Shown piece after piece: positions 47,189 through 56,957 of a stretch of DNA of 64,000 nt. Made by a program: the position numbers and the translations under genes. The stretch is from Minisyncoccota bacterium (GTDB lineage: Bacteria; Patescibacteriota; Minisyncoccia; Phycocordibacterales; UBA9973), in contig JBBAAI010000002.1 of the NCBI GenBank assembly GCA_041658325.1, forward strand, positions 20,409-84,408, given 5' to 3'. Position 1 is the first letter of the stretch. Each line of letters begins with the position of its first letter. The notes under the pieces are model-generated. The model had not been told where the DNA came from. It did no database searches and saw only the letters and a program-made list of their open reading frames with translations.

Positions 47189-47785
47189 ATGGCAGACGAA
47201 GAAAAAAAACAAGTAAATGAAACTACCTCCGAATCAGAAGATTCTGAAGTTCTTGAATTTGAATTCAATGAAGACGGAGAAGAAGATTTAAAAAAGACTC
47301 TTAAAAAATTTAGGGCTGATTTGAAAGTGTGTCAAAAAGAAAAAGAAGAATATTTAACTGGCTGGCAGAAGGAGCGGGCTGAATTTGCTAATTATCGAAA
47401 ACAAGAAGATGACCGGAAAGCCATTTTTTCGGAAGCAATGCGTGAGCGGATTTTGATGCGTTTTTTAACTGTACTCGATAGTTTTAATATGGCTTTCGCT
47501 AATAAAGAATCTTGGGAGAAAGTAGATGAAAATTGGCGTAAGGGGGTGGAATACATTTACTCTCAAATGAACGCAATTTTTGAAGAATACGGGATAAAGC
47601 CCGTAGGTGAAGAAGGGGAGAGTTTTGATCCCAGTATTCATCAATCCATCGATATGGTGGGGACAGAAAAAAAAGAACTAGAACACAAAGTAGCTACTGT
47701 GATTCAAAAAGGATATAAAATGGGAGAAAGAGTTATCCGCCCAGCAAGAGTAAACGTTTATGAATGCAAAGAAGGAGGAAACTAG
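47189..47785 (+). CDS. grpE: Nucleotide exchange factor GrpE
   Basis: Acidic N-terminus, long paired helices, C-terminal beta-domain (ATVIQKGYKMGERVIRPARVNV). Confidence 0.85.
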   Translation: MADEEKKQVNETTSESEDSEVLEFEFNEDGEEDLKKTLKKFRADLKVCQKEKEEYLTGWQKERAEFANYRKQEDDRKAIFSEAMRERILMRFLTVLDSFNMAFANKESWEKVDENWRKGVEYIYSQMNAIFEEYGIKPVGEEGESFDPSIHQSIDMVGTEKKELEHKVATVIQKGYKMGERVIRPARVNVYECKEGGN

Positions 47786-49427
47786 AGATTGTGAACATTG
47801 TGAATCAAAATTCATTATTAATGAAGAAGAATTGAATATGTATGGTAAAGTTGGACTTGAACTACCTACTTTGTGTTTCTTTTGTCGTCTAAAACTACAA
47901 CTTGCTTTTTGGCCTTTTGGTAAATTTCGTAAAGGAAAATCAGACTTGTCCGGAAATAACTTGATTACTATTTTACCAGAAAGAAGCAGATACCCTATTT
48001 ATACATTCAACGAATGGATCGGTGACGGATGGGATGCCATAAAATTTGGTTATAATTACAAAGAAAACGAATCATTTTTCAAGCAAATGAAGGATTTGCA
48101 AGAAAAAATACCACGACCGCACCAAATTGGAAGTAAAAATATTAACTGTGATTGGTGTGACGATGTTTGGAGTTGTAAAAATTGTTATCTTTCACGTTCG
48201 ATGCTTGGCTGTGAATATTTGTTGTATTCTTACAGAAATTATCGAGTGAAAAATTCAATTGATGTTACTGTGTGTTTTGATTGTGAAAAGTGTTATGACA
48301 CATCTGAATGTCATAAATCATACAAACTTTTTTATTCAAAACACTCTCGTGACTGTATCGATTCATACTTTTTATATGATTGCCGTAATTGCCAAAATTG
48401 TTTTATGTGCTGGAATTTACGCAACAAATCTTATTGTATTGAAAATAGGCAATATTCAAAGAGTGAATACGAAGAAAAGATTAAGTCTTTTAATCTTGGT
48501 TCGTACGATTCGATTCAGTCATTCAAGAATAAATTTGAAGCAATAACAAAAAAAGAGGTAGTTCATCGACCTAATTTTAATTTCAAGATTTATAATTCTG
48601 ATGGTGACTATATTGAAGATTGTAAAAATTGTCATAATTGTTTTACAGTAATGGAATCCGAAGATTGTTTTAACATGGCACGTGGAGGGTTTCATAAGTC
48701 GAGCATTGATGTCAGTGGTTCAATGTCGTTAGAGTTGTCAGGTAATTGTAGTTTATGTCAACCCAATGGTTATTCGCTTAAATATTCAAGTTGGTCTTCG
48801 GCAAGATATTCAGAATATCTAGATTTGTGCCTTGATTGTGAATATTGTTTTGGTTGTGTTGGTTTAAAAAAGAAAAAATATTGTATTCTAAATAAGCAAT
48901 ACAGCAGGGAGGAATATGGAAAATTAAGAAATAAAATTGTCTTTGACATGAAAAAAAATGGAGAATACGGAAAATTTTTCCCATATTCTATGAGTATGGG
49001 GCCATTTAATTTTTCGACTAGCTATGGTTATTTTCCAAAAACTAGAGAAGAGGAAATTCTAAAACTAGGTGGGTATTGGGAGAAACCAGACGAAAGTCGC
49101 ATAGAAGGAATATCTACCTCTGAATTACCAGACGACATAAAGGATGTGACAGATATTATAACAATTCAAGCACTTATTTGTCCCAAAACAGGATGGCGAT
49201 TTAATGTTACTAAAGATGAGCTATTATTTTACAAGGAAAATAATATTCCATTACCAAGAAAACATTTTGATGTGCGTACCATGGAACGTATGCAATATTT
49301 AACGGTACTTAAGGCTTTTCCTTATAATTGTTTTTTCTGTAAAAAAGAAATTATGGCTTATTATTTACCTGAATGGGGATATAAAAATATTGCCTGTGAG
49401 AAGTGCTATAAACAAAACATTGCTTAG
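47760..49427 (+). CDS. Cysteine-rich repeat protein (about 40 Cys; terminal zinc-ribbon-like CxxC pairs plus internal CxxCxxCxxC repeats)
   Basis: 555 aa with no signal peptide. N-terminal CEHC-x24-CFFC and C-terminal CFFC-x19-CEKC. Internal repeats such as CRNCQNCFMCWNLRNKSYCIENRQYSKSEY and CLDCEYCFGCVGLKKKKYCILNKQYSREEY. Overlaps the grpE 3' end by 26 nt. Confidence 0.5.
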   Translation: MNAKKEETRDCEHCESKFIINEEELNMYGKVGLELPTLCFFCRLKLQLAFWPFGKFRKGKSDLSGNNLITILPERSRYPIYTFNEWIGDGWDAIKFGYNYKENESFFKQMKDLQEKIPRPHQIGSKNINCDWCDDVWSCKNCYLSRSMLGCEYLLYSYRNYRVKNSIDVTVCFDCEKCYDTSECHKSYKLFYSKHSRDCIDSYFLYDCRNCQNCFMCWNLRNKSYCIENRQYSKSEYEEKIKSFNLGSYDSIQSFKNKFEAITKKEVVHRPNFNFKIYNSDGDYIEDCKNCHNCFTVMESEDCFNMARGGFHKSSIDVSGSMSLELSGNCSLCQPNGYSLKYSSWSSARYSEYLDLCLDCEYCFGCVGLKKKKYCILNKQYSREEYGKLRNKIVFDMKKNGEYGKFFPYSMSMGPFNFSTSYGYFPKTREEEILKLGGYWEKPDESRIEGISTSELPDDIKDVTDIITIQALICPKTGWRFNVTKDELLFYKENNIPLPRKHFDVRTMERMQYLTVLKAFPYNCFFCKKEIMAYYLPEWGYKNIACEKCYKQNIA

Positions 49428-49494
49428 TCTAATTAAGTAGTATAATAGGGTAAAGGTCGTTTATTTTATTAATAAGACGATAAACTCTATTTTT

Positions 49495-49800
49495 ATGGTA
49501 TTTATACACACTACTTGTGCTACAGCGGAAGAAGCGGAAACTTTAAGTAAGCTCATTATAGATAATAAAATGGGCGCTTGCGTGCATTATTGGCCGATTA
49601 ATTCTATGTATAATTGGAAAGGTGGATTTAAAAAAACAGAAGAGGTAATGATGGTTATCACTACTTTTGAAGCTAAGCTTGAAGTAGTAAATGATTTAAT
49701 TTCTCAACACCACAGCTATTCCACCCCAATGATCGCCGGCGTTGATGTTCGCAGAATCAATAGAGCTTATAAAGAGTGGATGATGAAAGAAATTTCTTAA
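49495..49800 (+). CDS. cutA: Divalent-cation tolerance protein CutA
   Basis: 101 aa. Ferredoxin-like CutA1 pattern (VFIHTTCATAEEAETLSKLIIDNKMGACVHYWP.NSMYNWKGG...EEVMMVITT). Confidence 0.7.
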   Translation: MVFIHTTCATAEEAETLSKLIIDNKMGACVHYWPINSMYNWKGGFKKTEEVMMVITTFEAKLEVVNDLISQHHSYSTPMIAGVDVRRINRAYKEWMMKEIS

Positions 49801-49803
49801 TTT

Positions 49804-50337
49804 TTATTTTCCAAAAGTTTCAAATAAAAACTTTTTTGTTTCTTCGTCTATGAATTGTGTAACGATGATCATCATTTCTGTCTCAAATCCCAAATCCTTT
49901 TTAATATTTGCGAATAGATGTTCGTACGGGAAAGGGGAGATCCAAGCAGAATTTTTTAAACATACAAAGCCGGCCTTTTTCAAAAGATAGCGAAGCGACT
50001 CACGTTCGCTTTTCCTATTTTCCGGGAGATCAAGTAAAATAATTCGCCAAAATCCGTCCCAAGAAGTATTCGCTAGAGTAGTGTCACTATCCAACTCCAG
50101 ACTGTGCATTTTTTTTCTGCCCTCTTTTGTGAGACGAGCATATTCGTTTTGCGGAGATGGTATTTGTTCTATCAACCCAGCTTCCCTGAGTCCTTTTAAA
50201 GAGCGCGTGATGGCGTATTTAGGGTCTTGGGAGCATTCTTCTGTATTTACCCGTTTTGCGAGTTCAGGTAGGGAAATAGCTGTTTTTTCACCTAATATTT
50301 TCAATATTTTTTTAGAATAATCGGGTTTTCTTGACAT
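49804..50337 (-). CDS. Winged-helix transcriptional regulator (PaaX-like architecture)
   Basis: N-terminal wHTH (KKILKILGEKTAISLPELAKRV...ITRSLKGLREAGLIEQ). C-terminal WDGFWRIILLDLPENRKSERESLRYLLKKAGFVCLKNSAWISP resembles the PaaX middle/C-terminal (VapD/Cas2-like fold) domain. Divergent from dnaK. Confidence 0.4.
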   Translation of the reverse strand: MSRKPDYSKKILKILGEKTAISLPELAKRVNTEECSQDPKYAITRSLKGLREAGLIEQIPSPQNEYARLTKEGRKKMHSLELDSDTTLANTSWDGFWRIILLDLPENRKSERESLRYLLKKAGFVCLKNSAWISPFPYEHLFANIKKDLGFETEMMIIVTQFIDEETKKFLFETFGK

Positions 50338-50464
50338 ACGAATATTTTATACCTTATACTATCTTTTGACAAGTATTTCGCGAGCACGAAAAACTTGCTA
50401 AAAATTTAGGCCTAGTATATACTGGGTTTACAAAATTAATTATTAGTTAATAAATATAAAAGAT

Positions 50465-52378
50465 ATGTCAAAAATCATAGGTATAGATTTAGGTACAACA
50501 AATTCAGCAGTTGCTATTATTGAAGGGGGTGCGCCAAAAATTGTTGAGAACGTAGAGGGTAATCGAACGACACCCTCTGTTGTGGCAACAGCAAAAAATG
50601 GTGATCGTATTGTCGGTCTTCTGGGAAAAAGGCAAGCAGTGACCAATCCGGAAAATACAATTTCTGAAATTAAACGTTACATGGGTCACAGGTTTGATGA
50701 TCCGGAAGTGCAAAAAGACGAAGCGACTGCTTCTTTTAAAATTGAAGCTGGAGATGGCGGGGGAGTAAAAATAAAAATGTCAGATAAGTTTTACCGACCG
50801 GAAGAAATCTCTGCGATGATTTTACAAAAAATAAAAACGGACGTAGAGGCGAAACTGGGAGAAAAAATCACGGAAGCGATTATTACCGTACCAGCCTATT
50901 TTAACGATGCGCAAAGAAAAGCCACCAAAGATGCAGGACAAATTGCCGGTCTGGATGTAAAACGTATTATCAATGAACCGACGGCTGCGGCGCTCGCGTA
51001 TGGATTTAATAAAAAGAAAAATGAAAAAATAGTTGTTTACGATTTCGGTGGAGGAACCTTCGATGTATCCGTACTTGAAATTGGCGATGATGTCATAGAA
51101 GTGAAATCGACAGACGGCGACTCGCATATGGGCGGAGGCGATATTGATAGAAAAATAATTAGTTATATTGCTGAAGAATATAAAAAAGAATCAGGCATTG
51201 ATGTCGTTAAAGATCCGCTTGCGCATCAGAGATTAAAAGAAGCTGCCGAGAAAGCGAAACACGAACTTTCTACTACCATAGAAACTGAAATCAATGTTCC
51301 ATTTATCACCTCCGATGCTTCCGGACCAAAACATTTATTAATGAAAATGACTCGCGCTACTTTAGAATCTTTAGCGAAAGAATATATTGATCGTTCTATT
51401 GAAATCACTAAGAGAGCATTGTCTGCATCGCCATTTAAGATGAATGAAATAAATGAAATTATCATGGTGGGTGGACAGACGAGAATGCCGGCGATAGTTT
51501 CTGCGGTGAAAAATCTTTTCGGCAAGGAACCGAATATGTCTATCAATCCGGATGAAGTCGTGGCTCTCGGAGCTGCGGTGCAAGCTGGCGTGTTACAGGG
51601 AGACGTACGTGATGTTCTTCTGCTCGATGTTATCCCGCTTTCTTTGGGAATTGAAACATTGGGTGGAGTAGCAACAAAATTGATTGATCGCAATACCACT
51701 ATTCCGTCTTCTAAATCCCAAACATTTTCTACTGCCGCCGACAATCAGACTTCGGTGGAAATTCATATTGTGCAAGGGGAACGTCCGATGGCGTCTGACA
51801 ATAAATCCCTAGGACGATTTATCTTGGATGGAGTTCCGCCAGCACCTCGTGGTATGCCTCAGATTGAGGTTTCCTTTGATGTGGATGTAAATGGAATTTT
51901 GAACGTGTCTGCAAAAGATAAGGCTTCAGGAAAAACTCAATCGATTAAAATAGAAGCAAGTTCCGGACTGAAAGATGAAGATATAAAGAAAATGCAAGCC
52001 GATGCGGAATTGCACGCGGAAGAAGACAAGAAAAAGAAAGAAAACGCTGAAGTAAAAAATACTGCGGAGATGATTATTTATACTGCCGAAAAAGCGTTGA
52101 AAGACAACGAAGCGAAAATTCCGACAGAATTAAAAGATAATGTAAATGCAAAAATAACTGCTCTGCGTGGTGTAAAAGATGGCACGGACGGAGAAGCGAT
52201 AAAGAAAGCTACCGAAGAACTTTCTGCCGAAATGTCTAAAATGGGTGAAGCTATAGCGAAAAGTTCACCCGCCTCTGGCGAGCCAGAAACTGCCAAGGCC
52301 CCCGAAGAACAACCGGCCGAAGTACACGATGCAGAATTCAAGGAGAAAAAAGAGGGGGAGGATGAGACAAAATCTTAA
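50465..52378 (+). CDS. dnaK: Chaperone DnaK (Hsp70)
   Basis: [18 protein letters not shown], Hsp70 substrate-binding domain and acidic C-terminal tail. 637 aa. Confidence 0.95.
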   Translation: MSKIIGIDLGTTNSAVAIIEGGAPKIVENVEGNRTTPSVVATAKNGDRIVGLLGKRQAVTNPENTISEIKRYMGHRFDDPEVQKDEATASFKIEAGDGGGVKIKMSDKFYRPEEISAMILQKIKTDVEAKLGEKITEAIITVPAYFNDAQRKATKDAGQIAGLDVKRIINEPTAAALAYGFNKKKNEKIVVYDFGGGTFDVSVLEIGDDVIEVKSTDGDSHMGGGDIDRKIISYIAEEYKKESGIDVVKDPLAHQRLKEAAEKAKHELSTTIETEINVPFITSDASGPKHLLMKMTRATLESLAKEYIDRSIEITKRALSASPFKMNEINEIIMVGGQTRMPAIVSAVKNLFGKEPNMSINPDEVVALGAAVQAGVLQGDVRDVLLLDVIPLSLGIETLGGVATKLIDRNTTIPSSKSQTFSTAADNQTSVEIHIVQGERPMASDNKSLGRFILDGVPPAPRGMPQIEVSFDVDVNGILNVSAKDKASGKTQSIKIEASSGLKDEDIKKMQADAELHAEEDKKKKENAEVKNTAEMIIYTAEKALKDNEAKIPTELKDNVNAKITALRGVKDGTDGEAIKKATEELSAEMSKMGEAIAKSSPASGEPETAKAPEEQPAEVHDAEFKEKKEGEDETKS

Positions 52379-52398
52379 CCAAGTGCTATAATTTAAGA

Positions 52399-54387
52399 AT
52401 GGAACTTCCAGAAATACTTATAAATAAAGATGTAACTTATCTTGGTCTTACTACTTTTCGCGACAAAAATCAGCTTTTTGGCATTAAGCGAAAAGACAGA
52501 CGTCAGCATGTTTATATTCTCGGAAAATCCGGTACTGGTAAATCTGTGTTGATGTTCAACATGATTATTCAGAACATTCAGAACGGCGAAGGAGTTTGCG
52601 TAGTTGACCCACACGGAGAACTTGTAGAAGGAGTACTTTCCGCTATTCCGCCTCATCGCATGAAAGACGTGGTCTATTTCAATCCAGCCGACGTAGAACA
52701 TCATATTGGCTTTAACGTGTTAGAACTTATTGATCCACAATATAAGCATTTGGTGGCTTCAGGTTTAATGGGTATTTTTACGAAGATCTGGGCGAATGCT
52801 TGGAGCGCCCGAATGGAATATATTTTGAATAATTGCATTTTGGCATTGCTTGATACTCCCGGCACAACGCTTCTCGGAATTCCGAGATTGTTGGTAGATA
52901 AAGATTATCGTCAAAAAATAATTGCTAATTTGAAAGATCCGGTGATTAAGGCTTTCTGGGTGCACGAATACGAAGCCTGGCAGGATAAATTTAGAAATGA
53001 AGCGATCGCTCCGATTCAAAACAAAGTCGGTCAATTTCTTTCCACCTCTATCATCCGAAATGTTGTCGGGCAGTCAAAAAGCACAATCAATATTTTTGAC
53101 ATCATGAATGACAGTAAGATTTTCCTAGTGAATGTTTCCAAGGGACGTATCGGTGAGGACAACTCTGGACTTCTGGGAGGGATGATTATTACTAAAATTC
53201 AGTTAGCCGCGATGGAACGCGTGCGTATTCCCGAAGATCATCGTAAAGATTTTTATCTTTACGTGGACGAATTTCAAAATTTCGTAACGGATGCTTTCGC
53301 GGGTATTTTGTCTGAGGCCAGAAAGTACAGATTGAATCTTACTGTGGCGCACCAATATACCGCTCAACTTATTTCAGATAAAAGTTCCGCAGTGCGTGAT
53401 GCTGTTTTCGGCAACGTCGGTACGATGATAGTTTTTAGAGTCGGTTCAGATGATGCGGATTTCTTAGAAAAAGAATTTGATCCGGAATTTACTCCTTCAG
53501 ATATCGTAAATTTACCGAACTATAAAATTTATTTAAAATTGATGATAGATGGCGTTACTTCTCGTCCTTTTTCTGCGAAAACATTACCACAAATGGTAAA
53601 ATCGGGTGATAAAAAAGTGGAGGAAGAAGTTATCAGAACTTCTCGCGAACTTTACTGTCGACCGAGGGATGTTATAGAAAGGGAAATAAATGAATGGAGT
53701 GGAATGTCTTTAGGAGACGACAATATTTCGTCTTTTGGTGGAATGGAGAAATTTAAAATTATTTGTTCTAATTGTGGACTGGAAAAAACCGTTCCGTTCA
53801 AACCAGAGCCAGGAAGGGCGGTATATTGCAAGGAATGTATGGCGAAAATTAAATCTGGAGAAGTAAAAATAGAAAAGAAAGGACAAGATCAAATTAATTA
53901 CGATGAATCCAAGTTTTATAAACCCTTAGCAGATTTAGGGATAGAATTTAAACAAAAAAATGGTGATGGAAAGATTGAAACAGAAAACAGGTATCCTGAA
54001 AGAATTGAAAAATCCACATCTCATAATTTTGATAAAAAAGTTCCAATTAAATCCATTCCACCCATGCGCCCTAGAATATTTTCAGCTATTAAGAAAGTTT
54101 TTGTCGGTGATAAACCAAAGGCCTCGCCCGTGGACGGTCTACCCTCGGGCATAGGCCCACGGGCGAGCCGGCCGAGGGAAAATTTAGCATTAAAAGATCT
54201 TTTAAATAAATCTGTGTCATCTAAAGATCGTGCTGCTAGCGCGGAAAATATGAATAAATTAAAAGATTTAATTTCAGAAAAAGTTCCTACGCCAACACCA
54301 TCTACACCAATTCAGCCCACCGCTCCAACAAGCAAAGGACAAGTAAAGGAAGTTCCCGAAGACGTCTTGAGGAAAATTTTGGAATAA
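52399..54387 (+). CDS. Type IV coupling protein (VirD4/TrwB/TraD)-like P-loop ATPase without TM anchor, with C-terminal zinc ribbon and Pro-rich tail
   Basis: Walker A HVYILGKSGTGKS followed by CVVDPHGE (TrwB-like). Walker B FYLYVDEFQNF, then ARKYRLNLTVAHQY. C-terminal CSNC-x17-CKEC ribbon and a PTPTPSTPIQPTAPTS tail. No N-terminal TM helices. Confidence 0.6.
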   Translation: MELPEILINKDVTYLGLTTFRDKNQLFGIKRKDRRQHVYILGKSGTGKSVLMFNMIIQNIQNGEGVCVVDPHGELVEGVLSAIPPHRMKDVVYFNPADVEHHIGFNVLELIDPQYKHLVASGLMGIFTKIWANAWSARMEYILNNCILALLDTPGTTLLGIPRLLVDKDYRQKIIANLKDPVIKAFWVHEYEAWQDKFRNEAIAPIQNKVGQFLSTSIIRNVVGQSKSTINIFDIMNDSKIFLVNVSKGRIGEDNSGLLGGMIITKIQLAAMERVRIPEDHRKDFYLYVDEFQNFVTDAFAGILSEARKYRLNLTVAHQYTAQLISDKSSAVRDAVFGNVGTMIVFRVGSDDADFLEKEFDPEFTPSDIVNLPNYKIYLKLMIDGVTSRPFSAKTLPQMVKSGDKKVEEEVIRTSRELYCRPRDVIEREINEWSGMSLGDDNISSFGGMEKFKIICSNCGLEKTVPFKPEPGRAVYCKECMAKIKSGEVKIEKKGQDQINYDESKFYKPLADLGIEFKQKNGDGKIETENRYPERIEKSTSHNFDKKVPIKSIPPMRPRIFSAIKKVFVGDKPKASPVDGLPSGIGPRASRPRENLALKDLLNKSVSSKDRAASAENMNKLKDLISEKVPTPTPSTPIQPTAPTSKGQVKEVPEDVLRKILE

Positions 54388-54391
54388 ATAT

Positions 54392-55843
54392 ATGGCAAGA
54401 GAAAATAGAGTGCAAATAATTAAATATGCCCCGCCACCGCCGGAGTTGCCAGTCTTTGGCAAAGTAAAACCCGAGGAAGTTTCTTTTATCGGACGGACTA
54501 ATTATGTAGCTTCTCTTGAAGAAAAGAAATTTGTTTTTGGAATCAAGAGAGCAGATCGTCGAAGGCACCTTTATGTTGTTGGGAAATCGGGAGTAGGCAA
54601 AAGCAAGTTGTTGGAGCTTTTTATGCGTCAAGATATAGCCTATGGTCATGGAATTTGTTTGATTGACCCACACGGAGATGAGATAGAAGCAATTCTTGAT
54701 TACATACCTAAAGAGCGCATAGAAGACGTTTGTATTATTGATCCCACTGATATTGATTTTCCGGCCTCCTTTAATCCATTGGCAAATGTTGATCCGATGT
54801 TTAAATTTCAACTGACTCAAGGATTAATTGAAGTTTTTCAAAAACAATTCGGAGCGAACTGGACACCGCGCCTTGAGCACGTTTTTCGATTTACGTGTTT
54901 AGCTTTACTGGATTATCCTCACGCCACAATGCGTGGAATGATTTCAATGCTGACAGATAGAAATTACCGACAAAAAGTGGTGGAATATATTACAGATGAC
55001 ATGGTAAAAAGATTCTTCGCTATAGAATTCGCGGATTGGTCTGAAAAATTTGATACGGATGCTATCATTCCGCTCGTGAACAAACTCGGACAATTTCTTT
55101 CCGATCCATTACTACGAAATATTTTTGGGCAAAAACAAAATAAGATAGATATCAGCGAACTGATGAATCAACAGAAAATAATTTTAATAAATCTTTCCAA
55201 GGGGCGTCTCGGCGAAGAAAATTCTTCCTTTTTGGGTTCAATGTTTTTGACGAAAATAAAACAAGCTGGAATGGAACGGGCCGCTATCCCGGAAAAAGAG
55301 CGCAAAGACTTTTATTTATATGTAGATGAGTTCCAAAACGTCGTTACCCAAACATTTGAAAATATTTTATCGGAAGCCAGAAAATATGCATTAAATTTAA
55401 CCATTGCTCATCAATATGTCGGCCAAATTTTACCGAAAGTTCACCAGGCGGTACTAGGGAATTGCGGGAGTGTTATTACTTTTCGGATTGGTGGTGAAGA
55501 TGCGGTTAAAATGAAACCGGAATTCTCTCCCGTTTTTGACGTTAAAGATATGATTAATCTGGCAGTCGGGGAATTTTATATAAAAATGACTATTGATGGA
55601 GAATCTTATGATCCATTTTCAGCCGAAACTCTACGAGTTCTCCCGCCAACGCATCCCTCATATAGAGAAGAAATAATTACGGCTTCACGTAACAAGTATT
55701 CAATTTCAAAAGATGACGCTACTAAACTTATTGCGGAGGAAGAGGCGACAATAATTCGAAGTGTGGAGGAAAAAGCAACAATTGAAGGAAAATCTCAGGC
55801 AAAAAATGATGAGACTTCACAAGAAGAGGAGCCTATGATATAG
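54392..55843 (+). CDS. Type IV coupling protein-like P-loop ATPase, paralog 2 (no TM anchor)
   Basis: Same motif set (HLYVVGKSGVGKS...LIDPHGDE; FYLYVDEFQNV...ARKYALNLTIAHQY). About 40% identical to the upstream paralog over the ATPase core. Confidence 0.6.
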   Translation: MARENRVQIIKYAPPPPELPVFGKVKPEEVSFIGRTNYVASLEEKKFVFGIKRADRRRHLYVVGKSGVGKSKLLELFMRQDIAYGHGICLIDPHGDEIEAILDYIPKERIEDVCIIDPTDIDFPASFNPLANVDPMFKFQLTQGLIEVFQKQFGANWTPRLEHVFRFTCLALLDYPHATMRGMISMLTDRNYRQKVVEYITDDMVKRFFAIEFADWSEKFDTDAIIPLVNKLGQFLSDPLLRNIFGQKQNKIDISELMNQQKIILINLSKGRLGEENSSFLGSMFLTKIKQAGMERAAIPEKERKDFYLYVDEFQNVVTQTFENILSEARKYALNLTIAHQYVGQILPKVHQAVLGNCGSVITFRIGGEDAVKMKPEFSPVFDVKDMINLAVGEFYIKMTIDGESYDPFSAETLRVLPPTHPSYREEIITASRNKYSISKDDATKLIAEEEATIIRSVEEKATIEGKSQAKNDETSQEEEPMI

Positions 55844-55861
55844 TTTTTCAACAAAATAATT

Positions 55862-56956
55862 ATGAAACAAGATTACTACGAAATTTTAGGAGTAAATAAG
55901 GGTGCTTCAAAAGACGAAATAAAAAAAGCCTTTTATAAATTGGCGCACAAATATCATCCTGATAAGGGAGGTGGCGATGAAGCAAAATTCAAACAAGTAA
56001 ATGAAGCTTATCAAGTGTTATCTAACGATGAAAAGCGTTCAAAATACGATCAATTTGGGTCTGGATTTGAAAATATGGGACAGGGAGGATATGGCGGAGG
56101 ACAAAGAGGTGGTTTTGAGGGATTTGATTTTTCTGGTTTTCAAAATGGAAATGCCGATTTTGACTTCGGAAATCTTAATGATATTTTCAGCGATTTTTTC
56201 GGTGGGGGTATGGGTGGAGGAAGACAACAGCAAAGAAGGGGAAGAGATATTTCTACCGAAATTCAAATTTCATTTTCAGATTCCATTTTTGGCGTGAACC
56301 GCAAAGTTTTAATTACAAAAACTTCTAAATGTTTAACTTGTAATGGTTCCGGCGCGAAAGCTGGATCTAAAATGGAAACTTGCAAACATTGTAATGGCCA
56401 AGGAAAAATTCACGAACAAAAAAGAACAATTTTTGGAACTATTGCAAACACAAAAGTTTGTGACGTGTGTTTAGGCGCAGGCGAAGTTCCGCATGAGTTA
56501 TGTGATAAATGTAAAGGCAAAGGCGTTTTACGTCGCGAAGAAGAAGTCTCTATTGTCATTCCCGCCGGCATTCGTGACGGCGAAATGGTTCGAATGTCGG
56601 GACTTGGAGAGGCAATTTCTAAGGGAACAACCGGGGATTTGTATATAAAAATAAATGTGACACCACATTCAGTATTTAAACGTGAAGGCAATGATCTCGT
56701 GATGAATTTGAATTTAAAACTTTCTGACGCGCTTTTGGGTACAAAGTATCCTATTCAAACATTGGACGGAGAAATAGAAGTGACTATCCCAGAAGGAGTT
56801 ACAATTAACGAGATTCTTCGCGTGCGAGGCAAGGGAGTGCCAATGCCTAAAAGTAAACGTGGTGATCTTCTAATAAAACTAAACATCAAACTTCCATCAA
56901 AACTTTCCCGCAAATCTCGTGAAATTATAGAGGAATTAAGGAAAGAGGGGATATAA
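55862..56956 (+). CDS. dnaJ: Chaperone DnaJ
   Basis: J-domain with HPD (YHPDKG), Gly/Phe-rich region, four CxxCxGxG zinc-finger repeats, C-terminal domains. Confidence 0.9.
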   Translation: MKQDYYEILGVNKGASKDEIKKAFYKLAHKYHPDKGGGDEAKFKQVNEAYQVLSNDEKRSKYDQFGSGFENMGQGGYGGGQRGGFEGFDFSGFQNGNADFDFGNLNDIFSDFFGGGMGGGRQQQRRGRDISTEIQISFSDSIFGVNRKVLITKTSKCLTCNGSGAKAGSKMETCKHCNGQGKIHEQKRTIFGTIANTKVCDVCLGAGEVPHELCDKCKGKGVLRREEEVSIVIPAGIRDGEMVRMSGLGEAISKGTTGDLYIKINVTPHSVFKREGNDLVMNLNLKLSDALLGTKYPIQTLDGEIEVTIPEGVTINEILRVRGKGVPMPKSKRGDLLIKLNIKLPSKLSRKSREIIEELRKEGI

Positions 56957-56957
56957 A

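Noticed and set aside
50338-50464. CIRCE (HrcA operator) upstream of dnaK
   Set aside because: I looked for TTAGCACTC-N9-GAGTGCTAA-like inverted repeats upstream of dnaK and grpE. Only a partial half-site-like gagcacg...cttgctaa with no real dyad symmetry is present.
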